Shown here piece by piece: positions 10,120 to 18,704 of a stretch of 33,039 bases of DNA. How positions within the stretch are numbered: the first letter of the stretch is position 1; each line of letters starts with the position of its first letter. The notes beneath the pieces were generated by a model, which worked only from the letters and a program-made list of their open reading frames with translations, was not told the DNA's origin and did no database searches. Position numbers and translations under genes: made by a program. The DNA lies in NCBI GenBank assembly GCA_035703635.1, contig DASSXV010000077.1:1-33039 (forward strand). Direction: 5' to 3'. This stretch comes from Trueperaceae bacterium (lineage in GTDB: Bacteria > Deinococcota > Deinococci > Deinococcales > Trueperaceae).

Positions 10120-11120
10120 TCCAGCTCGGCGCTGGCGGCCGCGATCTTGCGCAGCACGTCCCAGTCTCGCTTGTAGTCGATCTCGAGGAACTCATCGGAG
10201 TCGGCGAACTCCGCCTTCAGGGCGGTGCCCGTCCAGTCGAAGGTCAGGAACGCCTCCCGCACCTTGGCCGCCAGCTCGGGTTTCAGGTCGTAAACGTAGC
10301 CGTACGCGGTAGAGGGGAAGGTCTGCGAGGTGTAGATGATGCGCACGTCGCTCTCCTTGAGGACGTCGCGCGCGATCATGCGGTCCATCACGGAGGAGGC
10401 GATGGCCGCGGACTCGTAGTCGCCGTTCACGACGCCGAGGATGCTGTTGTCGTGACCGCCTGAGAAGGCGGTTTGGTAGTCGACGTCCGGCTTCATGCCG
10501 AGTTCGGCGAAGAGGAGGGCGGATGGCGCCTTGAAGCCGGAGTTCGAGGTTGGTGACACGAACGCGAGTTGGCGGCCGCTCAGGTCCTCGAGGCTCTGGA
10601 TGTCGGAGTCTGGTTGCACGATTATTTCCATCTCGTAACCGAACACGCCCGCGGTGTCGGCCATCACGGCGACCGGGATGAAGCCTGCGCTGTTCACGCC
10701 TTCCTCGACGGAGCCTGCAGCGAAACCGGCCACGTGGAGGCGCCCTGCGCGCATCGCCTCGATCTGCGCGGCGTATGAGCGAACGGGGAAGTACACGACC
10801 TGCTTGCCGGTCAGCTCGGAGAGGTAAGCGATGAACTCGGCGAAGGCGTCTTGGTAGACGGCCGGGTCTTCCGTTGGAGCGTACGTGAAGACGAGGGTGC
10901 TTGGGTCTGAGTACTTGCCGTCTGTCGGGGTGTCGGCTAGGAGATCGCCGTTGACGTCGCAGTATCGGCCGTCTAGGGCGCCGCGTTCGCAGCCCCCTTG
11001 CGCTGCGGCCACGCCCGTCAGGAGTAGCGCAAGGAGTGCGGCCAGCAGCGCACGGGTTGGCGCCATGACGCGTCTGGTTGTTGGCGTGCGGTGTTGCGGT
11101 GTGGTCTGACTGACTTGCAT
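10116..11120 (-). CDS. phnD: Phosphate/phosphite/phosphonate-family ABC substrate-binding protein (PhnD-like)
   Basis: Signal peptide, [75 protein letters not shown] before ATG 11120. Confidence 0.88.
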   Translation of the reverse strand: MQVSQTTPQHRTPTTRRVMAPTRALLAALLALLLTGVAAAQGGCERGALDGRYCDVNGDLLADTPTDGKYSDPSTLVFTYAPTEDPAVYQDAFAEFIAYLSELTGKQVVYFPVRSYAAQIEAMRAGRLHVAGFAAGSVEEGVNSAGFIPVAVMADTAGVFGYEMEIIVQPDSDIQSLEDLSGRQLAFVSPTSNSGFKAPSALLFAELGMKPDVDYQTAFSGGHDNSILGVVNGDYESAAIASSVMDRMIARDVLKESDVRIIYTSQTFPSTAYGYVYDLKPELAAKVREAFLTFDWTGTALKAEFADSDEFLEIDYKRDWDVLRKIAAASAELE

Positions 11121-11207
11121 GTGCTGCCTCCTAGTGGGTCGCTCGGCGTGGCCGGGCCTCGGGGTGGTGGGGGAGCGGCGCAGTTGGTTGCGGTCGCCGC
11201 CTGCTGG

Positions 11208-11945
11208 TCAGGCTGGCTCTGGGGCCCCGCGTTGGAGCCTGAGCGAGAGGAAGTAGCGGTCGCCGCGGTAGTGCGTGCGGGTGAGGCCAAGCTTGCGGCC
11301 GTCGGAGAGGTAGGTGATGCGGGTCACGCGCAGCAGCGGTGCGCCGCTTGGCACGTCGAGGATGGCCGCGAGCTCGTCGGTTGCCGCTACGGCCTCGACT
11401 TGCTGGTCGGCGTCTCCGACCGTCACGCCGAGGGTCCGTTCCACGCCCGCGTAGAGGGAGTCCGTGAGGTCGAGGTCGGCTAGGAGTTTGGCGAAGGGCG
11501 GTATGAGCACGATGGTGTTGTGGCCGATCGGTTCGCCGTCCACCGTGCGCCTCCTGGTTATGCGTTGCACGCGCGTGACTGGCGCTTCGCCGAGGGCGGC
11601 GCCATCTGCGGCGCCGAGCGCCTCGCTGCTGCTGCTCAGCACCTCGGTTCGTGGCACCATGCCGTGGGCTTCAGCGTCTTCATGGAAACCGAGGAGGCGA
11701 CTCGCAACGCGTTCCGTCTTGGTGCGCGTCACGAACGTGCCAACGCCGCGTTTGCGCCCCAGGACGCCTGCCGCGACCAGCCCGTCGAGCGCGTGGCGCA
11801 CGGTCATGCGCGCGACGGCGTAGCGGGCGCTCAGCTCGGCTTCGGTCGGAACCTTGCTGCCGAGCGGCAGCTTGCCATCCGCGATCTCTGTGCGTAAGTC
11901 CGCTTGAATGCGGACGTAGATGGGTAAGGCGGCGTTGCCTTCCAC
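11208..11945 (-). CDS. GntR-family regulator, HutC/UTRA subfamily (PhnF/DasR-like)
   Basis: PIYVRIQ...VPTEAELSARYAVARMTVRHAL...RKRGVGTFV wHTH plus a UTRA domain ending HYRGDRY. GTG 11945 follows AGGAGG. Confidence 0.9.
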   Translation of the reverse strand: MEGNAALPIYVRIQADLRTEIADGKLPLGSKVPTEAELSARYAVARMTVRHALDGLVAAGVLGRKRGVGTFVTRTKTERVASRLLGFHEDAEAHGMVPRTEVLSSSSEALGAADGAALGEAPVTRVQRITRRRTVDGEPIGHNTIVLIPPFAKLLADLDLTDSLYAGVERTLGVTVGDADQQVEAVAATDELAAILDVPSGAPLLRVTRITYLSDGRKLGLTRTHYRGDRYFLSLRLQRGAPEPA

Positions 11946-11985
11946 TGCTGGCCTCCTGGGAAGCGGCGCGACGTGGCGATTTTGA

Positions 11986-12001
11986 TGTCTAGACAACTAT
12001 A
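11986..12001 (-). promoter_or_regulatory. -10 element TATAGT (11996-12001) with an adjacent HutC-type palindromic operator TGTCTAGACA (11986-11995)
   Basis: Perfect 10-bp palindrome matching the GT-n-TA-n-AC pattern of HutC-subfamily GntR sites, directly downstream of the -10 of the gntR-phn operon. Confidence 0.75.
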
Positions 12002-12133
12002 CAATACCGCGCAGCCGTTGCCTCGCCGTTCAGTGGTAGGAGTACACTGCCTATTCATTCCTAAGACGGGACACACCGTGACGCCTTCACCCATGCCACT
12101 CACCTCGCGCCGACCACCTGGAGTGCACTCGCC

Positions 12134-13717
12134 ATGCTGCTGACCATGCTTGGCGGGTTGGCGCTGTTCCTGCTGGGCATTCACCGCATCGCGAACGCCC
12201 TCCAAGAGATCCTCGGACCCGCCTCGCGGCGTTGGATGGCGTTCGCGACGCGCTCGCCGTTCCTCGCCATGCTCACTGGCACGGGGGTGGCGGCGGCTAC
12301 GCAGAGCGGCACCGCAACTTCGGTAACCGTCCTCGGTCTCGTCGGCGGTGGCCTGGTCGCCGTGAGGGAGGGCATCGCCCTGCTCCTCGGCGCCAAGCTC
12401 GGCGCCACCCTCGCTATCCAGCTGGCGGCCTTCCACCTCTCCGATTACGCCCTGCCGATGATCGGCGTTGGTTACGTGCTCGCGTTGTGGCGCCGGGGCC
12501 ACGCGTTCGGCGGTTTCCTCCTCGGCGCGGGCCTGCTGTTCTTCGGCCTCGACCTGACCGTGCAGTCCGTTTCTGCGCTTAGCGGCAGCGACCTCTTCAA
12601 CCTCCTCGTGAGCGCAGCGGAGCAGCAGCCGCTAGCTGTGCTCCTCCTCGGCGCGGCCCTCGGAGCCATGTTGTCTAGCTCGAACGCGGCCACCGCCGTT
12701 GCGCTCGGCCTGTTCGTAGCCAACACCGTCCCCCTCGAGACGGCCATAGCGCTAGTCGTTGGCGGCAACGCTGGGTCGGCGCTCATGCCCTTGATGGTGT
12801 CGCGGACGTTCGACAGGAACGCTCAGCGCGCCGCCCTCATGCAGCTGCTCGTCACGGCCATCGGCGCGGTCGCCGTGGTCCTCGCGCTCGAGCCCGTCGC
12901 GGCTGGGCTGCAGGCGATCGGTGGGGGTCAGGCCCGCGAGGTAGCCAACGCCCACACGCTCTTCAACCTCGCGGTTAGCCTCGTCGGCACGCTTCTCGTC
13001 GGCCCCCTCGCCTCGCTCAGCGCGAGGCTCGTGCCGGCCGCAGAAGACGACTCCGCGCCCAAGTACCTGCGGGCCGACGCCATCAAGGACCCCGTTCTCG
13101 GCCTGGCGCTGGCGTTGAGGGAGACGGTCCGCATAAGCGACCAGGTCGCCGTCATGACGGAGCGCGCGACTGAGTACCTCGGCGCAGGGCGCTGGGACCC
13201 GGGCCCCATCGCGGCCCGTGAGCTCAAAGTGGACCGCTTGACCCATCAAGTTGTCGATTACGTTGCCAGGGTGCGGCGGGCGAACGGCGAGGATCCCATC
13301 TCCGAGCGCCTCCTCCTGATAGCCACCGAGCTCGAGCACATGGGCGACCAGATCAGACGGCTAGGCAGGCGCGAGGAGAAGCTGCGCACGGAAGGGGTCG
13401 AGTTCAGCAAGGAGGGCCGCGCGGAACTGGCCAGCACCGGCGAACGCGTGCTTGAACGCATGCGCGGCGCGTTCACTGCGCTCGCAACGGGTGACAGGGC
13501 CATGGCGCGGTCAGTGATCGAGCGCCGCCCCGAGCTGGAACAGCTGGTTGGGCGCATGCGCGTGGCTCACTTGGCGCGCCTCGAGGCGCAACTGCCTGAG
13601 TCACGCGCGTCGAGCTCGCACCATCTGGAGGTGCTGACGTTGCTGCGCGACTTGGACGCCAGCGTCACCCGCGTCGCCAGCTGGGCCGCTGAGTTGGACG
13701 AGCACGCCAAGCGCTGA
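12134..13717 (+). CDS. Na+/Pi cotransporter family protein (NptA/YjbB-like) with C-terminal PhoU-like domain
   Basis: LGGLALFLLG, TQSGTAT, LGAKLGAT, SSSNAA, GGNAGS, VANAHTLFN, PKYL, ELEHMGD, SSSHHLEVL. Confidence 0.88.
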   Translation: MLLTMLGGLALFLLGIHRIANALQEILGPASRRWMAFATRSPFLAMLTGTGVAAATQSGTATSVTVLGLVGGGLVAVREGIALLLGAKLGATLAIQLAAFHLSDYALPMIGVGYVLALWRRGHAFGGFLLGAGLLFFGLDLTVQSVSALSGSDLFNLLVSAAEQQPLAVLLLGAALGAMLSSSNAATAVALGLFVANTVPLETAIALVVGGNAGSALMPLMVSRTFDRNAQRAALMQLLVTAIGAVAVVLALEPVAAGLQAIGGGQAREVANAHTLFNLAVSLVGTLLVGPLASLSARLVPAAEDDSAPKYLRADAIKDPVLGLALALRETVRISDQVAVMTERATEYLGAGRWDPGPIAARELKVDRLTHQVVDYVARVRRANGEDPISERLLLIATELEHMGDQIRRLGRREEKLRTEGVEFSKEGRAELASTGERVLERMRGAFTALATGDRAMARSVIERRPELEQLVGRMRVAHLARLEAQLPESRASSSHHLEVLTLLRDLDASVTRVASWAAELDEHAKR

Positions 13718-13817
13718 AGCGAGGCGATCACGGCCAGAGCACGCATGCTGCGCCTACGGTCAACGCCGACACGGACAGTTTGGCTGTTGAGGGCTAACTT
13801 GCTGGTAGGAGGTAGCC

Positions 13818-14033
13818 ATGGAGCGCAAGTCGCAAGTAGCGCCGGCCGCGTCGAAGGGTGCCGCTGACGAGCAGGCGACGGACCACGAGCGGCCAGAGTT
13901 GGTCGCGGCGGAAGTGAGAGAACGCGAGAGCGAGCTCGATGACGCCCTCGACGATTCGTTCCCTGCCTCCGACCCGCCCGCCCAGGCGCAGCCGCACACC
14001 AGACGCTGGCAGCCGAACGGCGACAACCATTAG
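13818..14033 (+). CDS. Small acidic hypothetical protein with an LDDALDDSFPASDPP motif
   Basis: Strong SD AGGAGGT before ATG 13818; 71 aa; recognisable SFPASDPP motif. Confidence 0.75.
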   Translation: MERKSQVAPAASKGAADEQATDHERPELVAAEVRERESELDDALDDSFPASDPPAQAQPHTRRWQPNGDNH

Positions 14034-14075
14034 GCCGGGTCTGCGAGCGGGGGTAGGTGCCGCTAGCTGACACAA

Positions 14076-14099
14076 ATACCCCACGGGGGTATGTATAGT
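14076..14099 (+). promoter_or_regulatory. CsoR/RcnR-type operator ATACCCC-ACG-GGGGTAT followed by -10 TATAGT (14094-14099)
   Basis: Perfect 7-bp inverted repeat with C- and G-tracts flanked by ATA/TAT, the characteristic form of CsoR-family operators, upstream of a DUF302 gene. Confidence 0.75.
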
Positions 14100-14201
14100 G
14101 GCCTCATGACGGGAGCGGTCACGGGGCCGGTCGCGCGTGGTGCGGTAACGCCACTCGAGTGACAGTGGCTGAGAACGTGCCCCTCCCCTAGGAGGAGCTA
14201 G

Positions 14202-14630
14202 ATGCAAGAACTCGGTTTTACGGCGACCATCGCGGCCCCCTTCCTGGCGGCCAAGGAGCAGGTCACACAGGCGCTGGCGGCGGAAGGGTTCGGCGTGCTC
14301 ACGCACATCGACGTGACCGCCACGCTTCAGGCGAAACTCGGCGAGAAGATGGAACCTTACGAGATCCTGGGGGCCTGCAACCCAGCACTGGCGCACGCGG
14401 CGCTTTCCGTCCACCGCAACATCGGCCTGCTACTGCCGTGCAACGTCGTACTGCGCGAAGTTGGTGAGGTCACCGAGGTAAGTATCGTGAACCCGCGGGT
14501 CATGTTCGGTGCCGTGCCAGACGGAGCGCGGGCGTCGTTGGACGGCGTGGTGCACGAGGCCCATGCCAGGCTCGCACGTGTGGCGGCTGCCCTTAAGGGC
14601 GAAGTTGACGGCGGTGCAGCAGCCGGGTAG
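14202..14630 (+). CDS. DUF302 domain protein
   Basis: ALAAEGFGVLTHIDVTATLQAKLG, YEILGACNPALA, IGLLLPCNVVLRE; SD AGGAGG. Confidence 0.9.
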   Translation: MQELGFTATIAAPFLAAKEQVTQALAAEGFGVLTHIDVTATLQAKLGEKMEPYEILGACNPALAHAALSVHRNIGLLLPCNVVLREVGEVTEVSIVNPRVMFGAVPDGARASLDGVVHEAHARLARVAAALKGEVDGGAAAG

Positions 14631-14659
14631 AGCACACGCCTAGAACGCGGCTGAACCTT

Positions 14660-14701
14660 AACGAACGGTTCGTTGACACCTCCACCGAGCACACATATAG
14701 T
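14660..14701 (+). promoter_or_regulatory. Sigma-70 promoter TTGACA-17-TATAGT with inverted repeat AACGAAC-G-GTTCGTT overlapping the -35
   Basis: TTGACA 14673-14678, 17-nt spacer, TATAGT 14696-14701; 7-1-7 inverted repeat at 14660-14674. Confidence 0.8.
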
Positions 14702-14806
14702 GCGGAGACGTACAAAGAATCGCGTGACGGTGGCGCCAGCGGCGCTGTTCACCGGATGGTCCGCCACTCGCGCCACACGACATCGTTCGTGGGAGAGGAC
14801 TTCGAG

Positions 14807-15949
14807 ATGAAGCGACTGACCGTTGCGCTCGCGCTCGCCTTGGCCTTAAGTGGCATGGCGCTCGCCCAGGGAGTAATCAAGATCGGGGTGTTCCTGGAGT
14901 TGTCAGGCCGCATGGCGGTGACTGGTAACGACACGCTGTACGGCATCAACGTTGCCAACCAGCAGGAGCCGACCATCAACGGCATGACCGTCGAACTCTC
15001 GGTGTGCGATAACGCCAGCACCGTCGAGGGCTCCGTCGCCTGCGCGAACCGTTTCGTTGACGAGGGTGTAGTTGCCGTGCTCGGCTCCTACTCCTCCAGC
15101 CACTCGATACCCGCAGCTAACGTGCTGCAGCCAGCGGGCATCGTCATGGTGTCTACCGGCTCGACGAACCCGGCCACCACGCAGATCGGCGATTACATCT
15201 TCCGCATCCCGTACACCGACCAGTTCCAAGGTGCGGTAGCCGCCCAGTACGCGTACTCCGACGCCGGCGCCCGCAAGGCCGCCATCTTCCGCCAGCAGGA
15301 CGACGACTACAGCGTCGGCCTCTCCTCGTTCTTCAAGGATTCCTTCGAGGGCTACGGCGGCACCACCACCGTTCTCGATTACACCTCCAACAACGTCGAC
15401 TTCTCGGCGCAGATCAACAACCTGCGCTCCTTCGCTCCAGACTTCATCTACTTCACGGGCTTCTGCGCTGAGGCCGCCTCGCTCGTGCCGCAACTGAGGC
15501 AGCAAGGGTTCAACCAGCCCATCCTCGGCGGCGACGCCTCCGACGACTCGCAGTGCCCAGAAGGCGGCGGCGCGGCCTTCAACGGCTTCACCTTCACCTC
15601 GTTCGGCGAGCCAGAAGTCCTCACGGGGGCGGCAGCTGAGCGCGCCGCCGAGTTCCGCACGGCGTTCGAGAAGAGCTACACCCTCGATCACTTCACGGGC
15701 TTCACCCTCTCCGGCGCCGACGCCTACAAGGTGGTCGCCCAGGCCATCACCGACGCTGGCAGCACCGACCGCGCCGCCGTCCGCGACGCCCTAGCAGCGC
15801 TTCAGGACTTCCCTGGCGTCTCCGGTGACATCACCTACGTCGGAACCGACGGCACGCCAGCCAACCGCGTGATGGGGCTCTACGAGTACGCCGTCAAGGC
15901 GGACGGCTCGTGGGACAAGGTCATCCTGAAGGGCATCTCCCTTCAGTGA
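14807..15949 (+). CDS. ABC transporter substrate-binding protein, LivK/LivJ family
   Basis: MKRLTVALALALALSGMALA-Q signal peptide, IKIGVFLELSG, GSYSSS, STNPATTQIGDYIFRI, DFSAQI, FPGVSGDIT. Start moved to ATG 14807. Confidence 0.9.
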   Translation: MKRLTVALALALALSGMALAQGVIKIGVFLELSGRMAVTGNDTLYGINVANQQEPTINGMTVELSVCDNASTVEGSVACANRFVDEGVVAVLGSYSSSHSIPAANVLQPAGIVMVSTGSTNPATTQIGDYIFRIPYTDQFQGAVAAQYAYSDAGARKAAIFRQQDDDYSVGLSSFFKDSFEGYGGTTTVLDYTSNNVDFSAQINNLRSFAPDFIYFTGFCAEAASLVPQLRQQGFNQPILGGDASDDSQCPEGGGAAFNGFTFTSFGEPEVLTGAAAERAAEFRTAFEKSYTLDHFTGFTLSGADAYKVVAQAITDAGSTDRAAVRDALAALQDFPGVSGDITYVGTDGTPANRVMGLYEYAVKADGSWDKVILKGISLQ

Positions 15950-15980
15950 CCGGAGCTAGAAACTGACGTCAATAAGTAGC

Positions 15981-16017
15981 GTTCGCGGCAAGGGCGCCTC
16001 GGCCCCTTGCCGCGAAC
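15981..16017 (+). terminator. 14-bp GC-rich stem-loop between the binding-protein and permease genes (partial terminator or mRNA stabiliser)
   Basis: GTTCGCGGCAAGGG (15981-15994) pairs with CCCTTGCCGCGAAC (16004-16017); no U-tract. Confidence 0.6.
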
Positions 16018-16059
16018 CGTATCTGGCCAACCTGGCCACTGCAGCGCACTCACCATCGG

Positions 16060-17274
16060 ATGGAGCACAGCTTGTCGGCTAGCCCGATAGTTCCCAAGCG
16101 CCGCCGCTGGCTCCCTTGGCTGCTAGGCCTTGGCGGGTTGGCGCTCACCGTTTGGCGCATGTTCTACCTCTACGGGGTGAACGAGGCCTTCAACGCGGCG
16201 TTCTTCACCGGCGCGATCATCAGATCGTTCCAGCTCGGTAGCCTCTACGCCCTCATCGCCCTCGGCTACACCATGGTCTACGGCATCATCCGGCTCATCA
16301 ACTTCGCTCACGGCGAGGTGTTCATGGTCGGTGCCTTCGCCGCCTATTTCTTGTTCACCAACACCCCGTTCTCGCTGCCCGTGGCGCTGTTGGTAGGCGC
16401 CGCCGTCGCCTACGGCGTCATGCAGTTCCTGAGCTTCTTCCGGACGGCCCGCCGCGACCCGATAGTGTTGGCCGGTGCGCTATTAGCGTTCGCCGCCGTG
16501 ACGTTCGCGTTGGCTTCGGCTAAGTTCGGGTGGTTGGCGGCCATGGTCGCGGCTATGTTCATCACCGGCGTGCTCGGCATGACCATCGACCGCGTGGCCT
16601 ATCGGCCGCTGCGGGGCGCGCCGCGCAACTCTATGCTCATCACGGCTATCGCCGTCTCCTTCTTCTTACAGAACTTCGGTATCCTCGCGTTCTCCAACCG
16701 CCAAACCCCCTTCCGTCCGCCGTCGTTCTGGACGGGAACGCTGCAACTCGACGTGGCTGGCGAACCGCTGTTCACCTCGTGGATGATCGTCCTGGTTCCC
16801 GTCCTCACCGCCATTCTCGTGGTGGCCCTTACCCTGTTCGTCACCCGCACGCGCCTCGGCAAGGCCATGCGCGCAACGGCCCAAGACGCCGAAACGGCGC
16901 GCATGATGGGCGTGAACGTCGACCGCGTGATCGCGACCACGTTCCTGATCGGCTCCATGCTGGCGGCCGCAGCTGCCGTCTTGTGGGGCATGACCTTCGG
17001 GAGCATCAACCAGCCCGCCATCTTCGGCATCCTTCCCGGCATCAAGGCGTTCGCGGCGGCCGTCATCGGCGGCATCGGCAGCCTGCCGGGGGCCGTCGTC
17101 GGCGGCGTGCTGCTCGGGTTCCTCGAGAACTTCTTGACGGCGCTCTTCCCGCGCACCGAGTACTTCGGCGGCATCACAGAGTACAAGGACACTTTCGCGT
17201 TCCTCGCCATGATCCTCATCCTGCTGATCCGCCCTAGCGGCATCGTGGGCGAAGACCTCTCGGAGAAGGTATGA
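16060..17274 (+). CDS. livH: ABC permease (LivH-like, extended)
   Basis: GSLYALIALGYTMVYGIIRLINFAHGEVFM, VAYRPLR, LGKAMRATAQD, KAFAAAVIGGIGS. Confidence 0.92.
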   Translation: MEHSLSASPIVPKRRRWLPWLLGLGGLALTVWRMFYLYGVNEAFNAAFFTGAIIRSFQLGSLYALIALGYTMVYGIIRLINFAHGEVFMVGAFAAYFLFTNTPFSLPVALLVGAAVAYGVMQFLSFFRTARRDPIVLAGALLAFAAVTFALASAKFGWLAAMVAAMFITGVLGMTIDRVAYRPLRGAPRNSMLITAIAVSFFLQNFGILAFSNRQTPFRPPSFWTGTLQLDVAGEPLFTSWMIVLVPVLTAILVVALTLFVTRTRLGKAMRATAQDAETARMMGVNVDRVIATTFLIGSMLAAAAAVLWGMTFGSINQPAIFGILPGIKAFAAAVIGGIGSLPGAVVGGVLLGFLENFLTALFPRTEYFGGITEYKDTFAFLAMILILLIRPSGIVGEDLSEKV

Positions 17275-18704
17275 GCGTCCCAGCCGACCGCGAACCGGTG
17301 GTGGCTGCGCCCGGCTACCGGCCGCACTACACCACCAACCGTGTGCGCAACGCGCTCCTCTCCCTAGCGGGTGTGGCTGTCGTCGTGCTCATCTTGTTCC
17401 TCGTCGACGGCGGCGCCAGCATCAAGCTCAAGCAGGTGGTCGCGCTCTTCGCCATCTGGGGCATCGCGACCGTCAGCCTCAACCTCGTCAACGGCGTGAC
17501 CGGCATCCTCTCGCTTGGCCACCACGGCTTCATGCTCGTCGGTGGTTACACGACCGGGTTGCTCATCCTCCCTGCAGCCACGCGCGACAACCTGGCGGCG
17601 AGCGCCCGCAGCAACCTCTCGCCCTTCGCCATCGGCCTGTCGGTGGAGAACATGCTCCGTGGGCTCGGGCTAGACGCCCTCACGACCCCGGAGACCTTGT
17701 GGGTGAGGTTCCTCATCGCGCTGTTCATCGGCGGGCTCGTCGCGGCCGTGTTCGGCGTCATCGTCGGCTTCCCGTCCTTGCGCTTGCGCGGTGATTACCT
17801 CGCCATCGTCACTTTCGCCTTCGGCGAGGCCATCCGGCTCCTCGCCTCGACGCCCATGATGTCGTCGTTCACCAACGGTGCCCTCGGCTTCGCTGGGGTG
17901 CCGTCCGACTTCGGTAAGAGCGTGTGGTGGACGTTCGGGCTCCTCGCGCTAACCGTGTTCGTCATGGCGCGGCTCAAGTTCTCGTCGTACGGCAGGGTGT
18001 TGATGGGCATCCGCGAGGACGAGATAGCTAGCGAGGCCATGGGCGTCAAGACCGCGTACCACAAGGTGCTGGCGTTCGCCATCTCGGCGTTCTTCGCTGG
18101 CGTGGCTGGCGGCCTGTGGGTCAGTTGGGTCGGCACGGCGCGCCTCGACCTCTTCCTCTTCTTCCTGACCTTCTACTTCCTCGTCGCCATCAGCGTCGGC
18201 GGCACCGGCTCCATCACTGGCGTGCTCATCGGCACGGCGCTCGTCGTGTGGGTGCGGCAGTACGGTGACGCGCTAGAGAACTCCTACCCGCTGAGCACCT
18301 GGGCGGTGGCTGGCGGCATCGTGCTCGTGGTCGTCGGGCTCATCGCGTACTGGTTGCGGCGCACGCGCAGGACGAGGCCGGTGATCGGCCCGGCGGTCTA
18401 CGTGCCCGTGGTCCTGGGCGTCGGACTAGCGCTCGTCGGCCTCTTCGGCGGCAGCATCCCCCTCCTTCAAGACAGTTGGCAGGGGTTCGGCATGCGCGCC
18501 ATCACCCTCTCGCTACTGCTCATCGCCATCATGATCCTGCGCCCAAGCGGCGTCATGGGTCGGCGCGAGTTCAGTTGGGCGTGGCTCTTCCGTGAACGCA
18601 TCGATGAACCAACCGAGGAGGAGAAGCGCCAGGACGCGTGGCTCTCCAACGCGGCAGCTGGCGCGGACGCCAAAGACGACGACGAGCTGGAGGTGAAGCC
18701 ATGA
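17271..18704 (+). CDS. livM: ABC permease (LivM-like, extended)
   Basis: SLNLVNGVTGILSLGHHGFM, LRLRGDYLAIVTFAFGE, IREDEIASEAMGV, RPSGVMG. Confidence 0.9.
   Translation: MSVPADREPVVAAPGYRPHYTTNRVRNALLSLAGVAVVVLILFLVDGGASIKLKQVVALFAIWGIATVSLNLVNGVTGILSLGHHGFMLVGGYTTGLLILPAATRDNLAASARSNLSPFAIGLSVENMLRGLGLDALTTPETLWVRFLIALFIGGLVAAVFGVIVGFPSLRLRGDYLAIVTFAFGEAIRLLASTPMMSSFTNGALGFAGVPSDFGKSVWWTFGLLALTVFVMARLKFSSYGRVLMGIREDEIASEAMGVKTAYHKVLAFAISAFFAGVAGGLWVSWVGTARLDLFLFFLTFYFLVAISVGGTGSITGVLIGTALVVWVRQYGDALENSYPLSTWAVAGGIVLVVVGLIAYWLRRTRRTRPVIGPAVYVPVVLGVGLALVGLFGGSIPLLQDSWQGFGMRAITLSLLLIAIMILRPSGVMGRREFSWAWLFRERIDEPTEEEKRQDAWLSNAAAGADAKDDDELEVKP

Noticed and set aside
7540..11120. Phosphonate (C-P lyase) or phosphite utilisation operon
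   Set aside because: No phnG-M, phnX, phnW, phnA, phnZ or ptxD in the window, and the linked HAD is subfamily IIA, not phosphonatase.
14660..14674. Gram-positive LexA SOS box
   Set aside because: The CGAAC/GTTCG arms are separated by 1 nt instead of 4, and the target is a transporter operon.
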